Below are positions 24,316 through 31,723 of a DNA stretch of 33,995 bases, one piece after another. Below the pieces are notes generated by a model that was not told the DNA's origin, did not search any database, and saw nothing but the letters and a program-made list of their open reading frames with translations. The DNA comes from Candidatus Thorarchaeota archaeon (GTDB taxonomy: Archaea > Asgardarchaeota > Thorarchaeia > Thorarchaeales > Thorarchaeaceae), in NCBI GenBank assembly GCA_016933575.1, contig JAFGAR010000172.1:1-33995 (forward strand), in the 5' to 3' direction. Numbering within the stretch: the stretch's first letter is position 1; each line of letters opens with the position of its first letter. Both the position numbers and the translations under genes were made by a program.

Positions 24316-25683
24316 CTACTGCGAATCTTCACTATAGATGGCTGTAACATTCAATTCGGTGCAGACACAGGGTGTACCAAGTTTCTCTGCTACAGATGGC
24401 TTAGTTCTCCCCTCATCTCCAGAGATTAACTCCTTGATATACGTCCCACCCTGTACCTTGAAAAACGCCTCAAGTAACTCTTCTTTGTACCCTTTGAAGA
24501 TGATCTCGTGGATCTGCTTCTTTCTTACAAGGTCACTTCTTCGGTGTGAAACGCGATTTGGAGTTCTTTGCTCAATCTCAATGCCTGTGAGTTCCTTTTG
24601 AGCTCTGGTCAACAACTCATCCTCAACAATACTTTCTGTTCTGATTAAGGCCTTGTATTCCTTCACATTACTTGAAGCATCGTATTTTAGTTTCTGAAGA
24701 TGCTGTCTATCAGTCATCTTGAGGTCGTGAACCTCTATCTTACCTCTGGCATAATCATTGATTTTCCGGGCGAGTTCTTCGAGGTCAAGATGCCTCACTC
24801 TTGGTTCAGAAATCTCGACAACAAAGGGTCTTCCATCACCAAGCATCAGAACATCAACATCTTCTCTTCCAGCTGCATGAAACTTGAATCTAGTTCCATT
24901 CACCAGTTGCTGCGACGGTATTCCAACATATTCTGATATTGAGTCTTGATATCTCCGTCCAGTTCCTTCGCACTCAGGACAACCTTTTCCCTTGCATTTC
25001 TTACAGTCCCATCTGCTCTGTGGGATACCTCTCTCAAGTTTACAATACCTACCAAAGATGAATAGTGGATTGACTTGTAATTTCAGCTCATCCTTGTCCA
25101 TTGCATAGACGTAGACAATATCCGGTTTATCAAAGTCAACCTCCTTACCCAGGAGACTGTGCAAATGTATCCCAAGCTCCCGATTGAAATGTGATTTCAG
25201 TGTTTCCGAATGCAGTAAGGAGTACATGGCATTTAGTTCGTCTTGATGTTCAACCAACGTTGGCGGTGGAACCGAGCCCACAAGGAATGTGTCAAATTCG
25301 ATGTCATGGGAGAGTTCTACTATTCTCTCTGCAATATGTGGTATCCTATCAAAAAATGAATCTAATCCAGGCGCAGCACAGAGATAGCAAGTACTTCGTG
25401 TTTCAAATTCAATAGCATTCTTAGTAGCGATTTCCTTTGCAGGAGTGAACATCCCATTTTCTGCTAGGAGTCTGATATCCCTCATGCCCTGTTCCTTATT
25501 TCCTGACCTTAGATTACCATCTGCCATCATGGTCAATGTTAGCTTGATGGAATGTCCTCGGTCCTTATTGGAAGTCCCTGTACCTAGCCAGGCAAATTGA
25601 CGCCCTAGGCAACGATCACAGAGTACATGTATATTGAGCATTTTGACTGCTATCTCTAACAGTGTACTCTCTTCAGAATTCAT
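24316..25683 (-). CDS. pus10: tRNA pseudouridine(54/55) synthase Pus10
   Basis: LCDRCLGR, GRYCKLERGIPQSRW, HAAGREDVDV, GRPFVVEI, QRTPNRV and GGTYIKELISGDEGRTKPS. Confidence 0.96.
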   Translation of the reverse strand: MNSEESTLLEIAVKMLNIHVLCDRCLGRQFAWLGTGTSNKDRGHSIKLTLTMMADGNLRSGNKEQGMRDIRLLAENGMFTPAKEIATKNAIEFETRSTCYLCAAPGLDSFFDRIPHIAERIVELSHDIEFDTFLVGSVPPPTLVEHQDELNAMYSLLHSETLKSHFNRELGIHLHSLLGKEVDFDKPDIVYVYAMDKDELKLQVNPLFIFGRYCKLERGIPQSRWDCKKCKGKGCPECEGTGRRYQDSISEYVGIPSQQLVNGTRFKFHAAGREDVDVLMLGDGRPFVVEISEPRVRHLDLEELARKINDYARGKIEVHDLKMTDRQHLQKLKYDASSNVKEYKALIRTESIVEDELLTRAQKELTGIEIEQRTPNRVSHRRSDLVRKKQIHEIIFKGYKEELLEAFFKVQGGTYIKELISGDEGRTKPSVAEKLGTPCVCTELNVTAIYSEDSQ

Positions 25684-25722
25684 GATTATCTTTGCCTCGG
25701 CTATCTCACAACTTTCGTTTAT

Positions 25723-26919
25723 TCATAAAAACGGATTGATGTACCTAATTGCTCGAATTCCGGCTAGTAACATCTGTGGGTTTCCAAGTAATTTCTTTAT
25801 CACCCTCCCCTGAAGGTCCATATCACCATCCCTTCGTATTGTGTCAAGAAGTCCATACTCGCCAGCATCTCTGATGATGGAATCGAGACCCTTGTCACTC
25901 AAGGAGGATATTGCTTTTTGAGCAAAATACATCATACGTAGTTCATCTAATACCAATGATCTCCATCGCTTCTCATACTGCTGAATCTGGCTTGCTTTGA
26001 TACCTGGAGCTAGCGCCTCTGCAATAGTTCTGCCAGCTACCCTAGATGTGATTCCCCCAAGGATTACACCCCCACCTGTCGTAGCCTTCACAATTCCTGC
26101 TGTATCTCCCACTACTATGATGTTACGATAAGTCATTCTAGGAATTGGCAAACCCACAATCACAACACCTCCCATAGAGCGGTCAATCTTTGCACCCTTC
26201 ATTCTTTCAGCTATAATTTTGTGGTGTTGCATCGCTGCATCAAGTCGCAGTCTCGATTTATTCTTACAAGCCAGACCGATTCTAGCTCGCCTCTCTCCTA
26301 TTGGAATGATCCATGCAAAAAATCCCGGTGCAATATTTCTCCCATAGAACATCTCGACAATATCTTCATCAATATCTACATTTGAAACCTCATACTGGAA
26401 TGCTGGATACTTGTTGGATTTTTCAATAGTGGGGATTCCTAAGCTTCCCGATAGACGACAACGATTTCCTTCAGCAATGACATATGCATATGCCTCTAGA
26501 TCTGTTGTATTTTCCCCTTGAACTCTAATCTTATGGGTCAAACCCTTACTGATGAACTCTCTCACTTTTGTTTTAGTCGTGATTTTCGCACCTAGATTCT
26601 CTGCCCTTGTAGCCAACCATGCATCAAACCTTCTTCTATCTACAACAAGAGCCTCTCGTCGTGCTCTCTCAATCATTATAGCATGGCCTGATGGTGAGAT
26701 AATTCTCGCTCCAGACACTGTGTTCTGGATAATATCTTCTGGCAGACTCAAGCCTAGTTGTTCCAATCCTGAAGTACTTAGAAGCCCCGCACAGTGATCG
26801 GGTTCGCCAACACGTTCATGTTCCTCTAATACTAGGACATCAAGACCTCTCTTGGCTATCTCTGTTGCTGCGAGGAGACCCGCTGGTCCTGCACCAATGA
26901 CAATAGCATCATGATCCAT
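25723..26919 (-). CDS. geranylgeranyl reductase family FAD oxidoreductase
   Basis: IGAGPAG, HCAG, DRRRFD, PGFFAWIIP and VGDTAG....TGGG; start uncertain (26919, 26931 or 26949). Confidence 0.9.
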   Translation of the reverse strand: MDHDAIVIGAGPAGLLAATEIAKRGLDVLVLEEHERVGEPDHCAGLLSTSGLEQLGLSLPEDIIQNTVSGARIISPSGHAIMIERARREALVVDRRRFDAWLATRAENLGAKITTKTKVREFISKGLTHKIRVQGENTTDLEAYAYVIAEGNRCRLSGSLGIPTIEKSNKYPAFQYEVSNVDIDEDIVEMFYGRNIAPGFFAWIIPIGERRARIGLACKNKSRLRLDAAMQHHKIIAERMKGAKIDRSMGGVVIVGLPIPRMTYRNIIVVGDTAGIVKATTGGGVILGGITSRVAGRTIAEALAPGIKASQIQQYEKRWRSLVLDELRMMYFAQKAISSLSDKGLDSIIRDAGEYGLLDTIRRDGDMDLQGRVIKKLLGNPQMLLAGIRAIRYINPFL

Positions 26920-26988
26920 CGTTGTACCCATGAAATCATGTGAGGGCACGTTTTTAACTCTCCCCTCAGATGAAGGATAAGAGCTCCT

Positions 26989-27360
26989 ATGACAAAAGAT
27001 GCGAATTTCAAGTACAAACAGGTCATAGTGGTACGGACCGATCTAGGTATGAGTAGAGGTAAGATTGCTGTACAGGTAGCTCATGGGTCCATCAGTGCTG
27101 CAGAGCGAGCACGTGTCACGACTCAAGAGGTCTGGCGCGCATGGCTCAACGAAGGGCAGAAGAAAGTTGCTGTCAAAGTTACTTCAGAGGAAGAGCTCTT
27201 TGAACTTCGGCATCAGGCGATCAATCATCATCTTCCCCATGCACTAATTCGTGATGCTGGAATGACAGAACTTCCTCCGGGCACAATTACAGTTCTTGGT
27301 ATCGGTCCCGCAAAAGCAGAGGATATTGATAAGGTCACAAAAGCGTTGAAGCTATTATAG
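26989..27360 (+). CDS. pth2: peptidyl-tRNA hydrolase Pth2
   Basis: KQVIVVRTDLGMSRGKIAVQVAH, GQKKVAVKV and IRDAGMTELPPGTITVLGIGP. Confidence 0.96.
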   Translation: MTKDANFKYKQVIVVRTDLGMSRGKIAVQVAHGSISAAERARVTTQEVWRAWLNEGQKKVAVKVTSEEELFELRHQAINHHLPHALIRDAGMTELPPGTITVLGIGPAKAEDIDKVTKALKLL

Positions 27361-27370
27361 AGGCCTGGGT

Positions 27371-28711
27371 ATGAAGGAAGGTCATTCTTTTGAAAGGTCA
27401 TTGGGCATGAATTACTACTCAACAGATTCTATTGGAATCGGCGGAAAGCTCAAGACAAGATATGAAGACTTCTTGGTTGAAGAAATAGACAAGACTCAGA
27501 TCTTACATGAGTTCAAGGACTGGCAAGAAACTCCCTCTACTGATTATGTGATTGATGGAAAAAAAGAACGATTTGTTACTCTCACCATGCAAAAGATGGG
27601 CCTTTCAACTCTGGATGCATCCACGATTGTTGCCTCAGCTCTAAGACTTCCAAGAAATTTAGTGACCTATGCAGGTCTCAAAGATAAGCGCGCAGTCACA
27701 GTCCAGAGGATATCACTACCATCTCATACAACCTCCAACCTTGGAAGCTTGAATTTATCGAGGATTGAACTTCGTGATCTAGTCTATTCCCGAAAACCAA
27801 TTCAGATTGGAGACCTCTGGGGAAACAGGTTCACAATTCTCTTACGTGATATTGCGGTTGACGATGCGACTGCATTGGAGGCGGCTCAAAGGATCCGCGA
27901 TAGCCCTCTATTCAATTATTTTGGCATTCAAAGGTTTGGATTAACACGACCAAATACCCATCTGGTAGGGAAAGCTCTTGTGAAGTGCAACTTCGAAGAA
28001 GCTGTGAGGATAATGCTATGTTCTATTGGTGAATACGATTCCGATGATCTCAGAGAAGCACGTGAGAAACTTACTGATGACCTGACACCCACTGAAAGCA
28101 TTATTGAAACGTTTCCAAAGGATTTGAGTTACGAAAGGAATGTTATGGAAGAACTACTCAAACATCCTACTGATTTTGAACGTGCTGTCCTCCGGATACA
28201 ACCACGAATTCTGACTCTTATGGTCCATGCCTTCCAGTCATATATCTTCAATCGTTTGCTCAGTAGGCGTGCTGAGAGTGGAATCTCCATTGTATACCCC
28301 ACCCCGGGTGATTTTCTCATTGAACTTGACAGGGCTCATTCAGGTCGTGACTCATGGTTATTCGTCACCGACAAATCTTTGGAGGAGCGCATTAATCAGG
28401 TCGAGTTGAGGGAATATGGACTAGCACTCCCTGTTCCTGGATATTCAACACGTCTTCCTCCATCATTACAGAGCGATGAACTAAAGAAATTCCTCAAGGA
28501 AGATGGTGTTACTCTGCAGGAATTCCGCAATTCTAAGATACGGGCTTTGGACTCAGCTGGAGGCCTTCATCTGGCTGCAATGATTGTGGATGATCTTGAG
28601 GCATCATATATTCAAGAGGGCCTGCGTGTCAGGTTTAGTCTACGTAAAGGGTCTTATGCAACTGTGGTTCTGAGAGAGTTAATGAAGAACCATCCAATGA
28701 ATAGGATATAG
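27371..28711 (+). CDS. truD: tRNA pseudouridine(13) synthase TruD
   Basis: EDFLVEE, AGLKDKRAVTVQ, GNRFTI, NYFGIQRFG, HAFQSYIFN and FSLRKGSYATVVLRE. Confidence 0.96.
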   Translation: MKEGHSFERSLGMNYYSTDSIGIGGKLKTRYEDFLVEEIDKTQILHEFKDWQETPSTDYVIDGKKERFVTLTMQKMGLSTLDASTIVASALRLPRNLVTYAGLKDKRAVTVQRISLPSHTTSNLGSLNLSRIELRDLVYSRKPIQIGDLWGNRFTILLRDIAVDDATALEAAQRIRDSPLFNYFGIQRFGLTRPNTHLVGKALVKCNFEEAVRIMLCSIGEYDSDDLREAREKLTDDLTPTESIIETFPKDLSYERNVMEELLKHPTDFERAVLRIQPRILTLMVHAFQSYIFNRLLSRRAESGISIVYPTPGDFLIELDRAHSGRDSWLFVTDKSLEERINQVELREYGLALPVPGYSTRLPPSLQSDELKKFLKEDGVTLQEFRNSKIRALDSAGGLHLAAMIVDDLEASYIQEGLRVRFSLRKGSYATVVLRELMKNHPMNRI

Positions 28712-28717
28712 GGCTCT

Positions 28718-29308
28718 CTAGCGCGGGTGTTTCTCGCCGAGTTCTTTGATACGAAGTTCGAATTCATCTTCGGGTTCTGACTCATCCCTTTCCGGTTTCC
28801 GTCTATCATCTTGATACTCAAAAAGCACTGATTCCGCCATGATTGCTGATACAATGACCCGCAATTCATCAGTACTGAACTTGATTCTCTCTCTATCCTC
28901 CTCTCGAAGCATGACGATACTCTCTTTTGTACCGTCTGGCGAATAGAGACTATTGACCCCAACTTCTATCGCCGGACTGATGAATTCTCTTACTACCTTC
29001 CTCAGCTTTACAGGTCCCTCGATGACCATCACTTCACCGAATTGCTCAGTTATCTCTTCAATGAGTGCTGATTCTGCAAGTAAGAACTCCTTACCAGACT
29101 TCTTAACAACGAGGATTATTCGACCCTTTGCTTTTGCCGCCCTCTGAAGAGTTAGATTTTCTAAATTTGGATATTCTTTCTCTTTCTCTAAAATCCACTT
29201 GCTAAATTCAATGTCGAATTTCGTTATCTCTCCCCGATCAAGTTTAGCTTGACAATTAGGACATAACATATCTGATTCCAAGTCAAAGTTACAGACCGGT
29301 AGTCGCAT
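28718..29308 (-). CDS. archaeal NusA-like KH protein with N-terminal Zn-finger-like motif
   Basis: MRLPVCNFDLESDMLCPNCQAKL..GEITKFDI N-terminus of the NusA-paralog family often found beside alba. Confidence 0.75.
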   Translation of the reverse strand: MRLPVCNFDLESDMLCPNCQAKLDRGEITKFDIEFSKWILEKEKEYPNLENLTLQRAAKAKGRIILVVKKSGKEFLLAESALIEEITEQFGEVMVIEGPVKLRKVVREFISPAIEVGVNSLYSPDGTKESIVMLREEDRERIKFSTDELRVIVSAIMAESVLFEYQDDRRKPERDESEPEDEFELRIKELGEKHPR

Positions 29309-29378
29309 TTGCTCTTCCTCGCTTGCTTCGAAGGTTCAGTAAAGACTGGACTTCGAGCGAGAACATAAAGGCATCTAT

Positions 29379-29717
29379 CTAACGTGAAAGTGTAATATCA
29401 ATAGTGGATACATTGAGTTCACTACCCTTGTCAGTCTGAACTGTGGTAGTGTCTATTTCGATATGTTTGACTACGAGATTCTCAATGAATCTGTGTCGTG
29501 TTATTTCGGCGACATCAACAGCTCGACTTATGAGCCGTCCTCTCGCTTTAATGACCACTTCACTTGCGCCTTTATTGAACAATGTGACACAGGCCAGTAC
29601 ATAGGACATGACATTTTTGTTACCCACTAGGATGCAGTCCATGCCATTGCTATCTTGCAGCTCTTTCTTTTCTGATTCCTTGCTGTTGGATTTTTTGCCA
29701 GTGTTATCCTCCGTCAC
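29379..29717 (-). CDS. albA: DNA/RNA-binding protein Alba
   Basis: ILVGNKNVMSYVLA, EVVIKARGRLISRAVDVAE and NVSTIDI. Confidence 0.94.
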   Translation of the reverse strand: MTEDNTGKKSNSKESEKKELQDSNGMDCILVGNKNVMSYVLACVTLFNKGASEVVIKARGRLISRAVDVAEITRHRFIENLVVKHIEIDTTTVQTDKGSELNVSTIDITLSR

Positions 29718-29907
29718 CCGAAGTCTCTCCGCCTACTACTGGTACCGTTTGCCCTTGATAGTGTTCTTGTCTGATATAGATTTCGATTATCCGGCATTTG
29801 CACATATTATCCCGTAACCTCAAAAAAACCATTAATATTGAGTCTTTCCGACCTTGCAAACCTTTTTCTTGTCCAATCGACGAAGAGTGACTTGGAAGTA
29901 TCAATTC

Positions 29908-31173
29908 ATGGCGAAGCTTACATTTCTTGGCTCTTGTAGAGAGGTGGGTCGATCCGGTTTCTTTCTTGAAGAGAAGGATGAGAGCATCCTCATTGATTAT
30001 GGAGTCAAGTTCACAGACCCTCCATTGTTTCCTGATATGATTCCGACCGATAATTTACAAGGAATCGCCCTTACACATGCCCATCTCGATCATTCTGGAG
30101 GGATTCCTATCATTCTCAAGGAGACCGAGGCATCTCTTTTCTGCACTCCAGCGACACGAGACCTTAGCATTCTTCTTCTCAAAGACATGTACAAGATATC
30201 CCGTACCCGCTTACCCTTCTCTCTCAAAGATATTGCATTAGTTCGAAGACAGTACCAAGCTACCGCTTATGAAGAAACAATGCCTATGGGTATGCACTTT
30301 GAGATGACTCTTTTTAATGCTGGTCATATCCCTGGCAGTGCGATGGTCTCAATCCGAGTGAATGGCAAACGTGTCCTTTTCACTGGAGATTTCAATGCGA
30401 CAGAGTCTCATCTGAATGCAGGCGCCCGAAAGAATCTTCCAAAGCATGATGTCGTTGTCACAGAGAGCACTTATGCCCGTAGAATCAATCCCCCACGTGA
30501 TACCACCGAGCAAGCTCTAATTGAGACCGTTATTGAAACAGTAGAGCGTGGAGGAACTGCATTAATCCCTGCCTTTGGTGTTGGAAGAAGTCAGGAGATA
30601 ATGTGCATCCTTGAAAAGAACAATCTACCTGCAAAATATCCTATCTATATTGACGGAATGGCAAGGGCTGTCAATGATATTCTGGTCAAGCATCCGCAAT
30701 ACCTTCAGAGCCCGCATGCCCTTCAGAAGGCAGTCGGGAGAGCTCGAATAATCAACGACAATCGCGACAGAACAAATGCAGTCAAGGGTGGTGGTGTCAT
30801 TATTTCACCAGCTGGAATGCTCAAGGGTGGCGCATCCCATCTCTATTTCAAAATGCTGTATGACGACCCAAAGAACTCGATCATCTTTGTAAGCTTTCAG
30901 ATACCCGGTACTCCTGGAGCAGAGCTTCTTGCAACGAAAAAGGTGGACGTGACAGGACGTACATTTGAAGTGAAAGCTGAAGTTCGACAACACCATCTAT
31001 CTTCGCATTCAGACTCTAGAGGTCTCTTAGACATGTTGCTGAAAATACCTGGTGAACCAGAGTTCTATCTAGTCCATGGAGAATCCGAATCTTGTGATGC
31101 TCTGGCTGAAAAGTTGGAGAAGAAGGGACGTAAAGCCCACGTTGCGGAAAGGAATGAAAAAATTGGATTCTAA
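29908..31173 (+). CDS. beta-CASP MBL-fold ribonuclease lacking KH domains (aCPSF2-like)
   Basis: FLGSCREVGRS, THAHLDHSG, AGHIPGS, TGDF, ESTYA, SSHSD and VHGE; ATG at 29908. Confidence 0.9.
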   Translation: MAKLTFLGSCREVGRSGFFLEEKDESILIDYGVKFTDPPLFPDMIPTDNLQGIALTHAHLDHSGGIPIILKETEASLFCTPATRDLSILLLKDMYKISRTRLPFSLKDIALVRRQYQATAYEETMPMGMHFEMTLFNAGHIPGSAMVSIRVNGKRVLFTGDFNATESHLNAGARKNLPKHDVVVTESTYARRINPPRDTTEQALIETVIETVERGGTALIPAFGVGRSQEIMCILEKNNLPAKYPIYIDGMARAVNDILVKHPQYLQSPHALQKAVGRARIINDNRDRTNAVKGGGVIISPAGMLKGGASHLYFKMLYDDPKNSIIFVSFQIPGTPGAELLATKKVDVTGRTFEVKAEVRQHHLSSHSDSRGLLDMLLKIPGEPEFYLVHGESESCDALAEKLEKKGRKAHVAERNEKIGF

Positions 31174-31385
31174 GCCTCGCCAGTCTCGGCTCTAGCCTCA
31201 ACAATCTGGCATTTCACATTCTGGAGAACTTCCTCAGCTTTCTGGGGTTCAAGGACAATAGTATAGAGGTACTTGTTTGTGCGGAGCTTCAGCTTGACAT
31301 GATCACTGCCTCTCTTAACTCGGCACTCCTCTGCATCCTCTGACATCTCGAGGAACTTTTTAACATCGGTAATTTGTTTTGGCAT
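31170..31385 (-). CDS. rpl38e: ribosomal protein eL38
   Basis: MPKQITDVKKFLE...CRVKR....KLKLRTNKYLYTI matches the eL38 pattern; ATG at 31385. Confidence 0.88.
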   Translation of the reverse strand: MPKQITDVKKFLEMSEDAEECRVKRGSDHVKLKLRTNKYLYTIVLEPQKAEEVLQNVKCQIVEARAETGEA

Positions 31386-31412
31386 TGAAATACCCCATTT
31401 GCTGTTGTTTGG

Positions 31413-31466
31413 TGGTGGGCCGGACGAGATTTGTTCCAAAGCAGGATTTCCCGCTCTTTTTGATCC
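31413..31466 (-). other. orphan tRNA 3' fragment preceded by an intron-like hairpin
   Basis: Minus strand AGAGCGGG-AAAT-CCTGCTTT-G-GAAC-AA-AT-CTCGT-CCGGCCC-A-CCA contains exact tRNA positions 59-76, but no matching 5' half is nearby. Confidence 0.6.
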
Positions 31467-31554
31467 GACACAATCAACTCGAGGTTTTTTATTCGAGTTA
31501 TAACTCTAACGCTGTTCACATAAAAAGGGAATATGGTTAGTAGACATAGCAATA

Positions 31555-31664
31555 TGGTGGGCCGGGGGCGACTTGAACGCCCGATTTCCGCCGGGTTCAA
31601 CTGAAAGGAAAGACTCCCATTCAATATGTGAAGGCGGCATCATGGCCGACTAGATCACCGGCCC
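31555..31664 (-). tRNA. tRNA-Val (CAC) with a 33-nt canonical 37/38 intron (31594-31626), CCA encoded
   Basis: Acceptor GGGCCGG/CCGGCCC; anticodon arm CCGCC-TTCACA[intron]C-GGCGG; strict BHB with helix TTCA/TGAA and bulges CAT and CCC; T arm GGGCG-TTCAAGT-CGCCC. Confidence 0.96.
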
Positions 31665-31693
31665 TGTCCTAGAAAAGCCAAACGAGATTGTTT

Positions 31694-31701
31694 GTATTTA
31701 A
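31694..31701 (-). promoter_or_regulatory. TATA box of tRNA-Val
   Basis: TTAAATAC on the minus strand 30 nt upstream of the tRNA 5' end. Confidence 0.55.
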
Positions 31702-31723
31702 GAATGGCGGAGATGCAATCTAA

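Noticed and set aside
17611-31173. fttA-psmB-slyD-hemK-ksgA-DUF655-rpo4-rpl21e-pus10 and pth2-truD-nusA-like-alba clusters as a novel system
   Set aside because: These are well-known conserved archaeal gene neighbourhoods
31385-31466. Permuted tRNA interpretation of the orphan 3' fragment
   Set aside because: A permuted gene needs the 5' half directly downstream, but only about 25 nt and then the rpl38e start follow
31289-31624. 111-aa minus-strand ORF and the upstream extension of eL38 to 31439
   Set aside because: Starts inside the tRNA-Val intron and overlaps rpl38e out of frame; eL38 homology begins at MPKQI
31413-31664. Alternative cis-splicing of tRNA-Val onto the downstream 3' fragment
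   Set aside because: The resulting T-stem GGGCG/CTCGT would have two mismatches and a wobble pair
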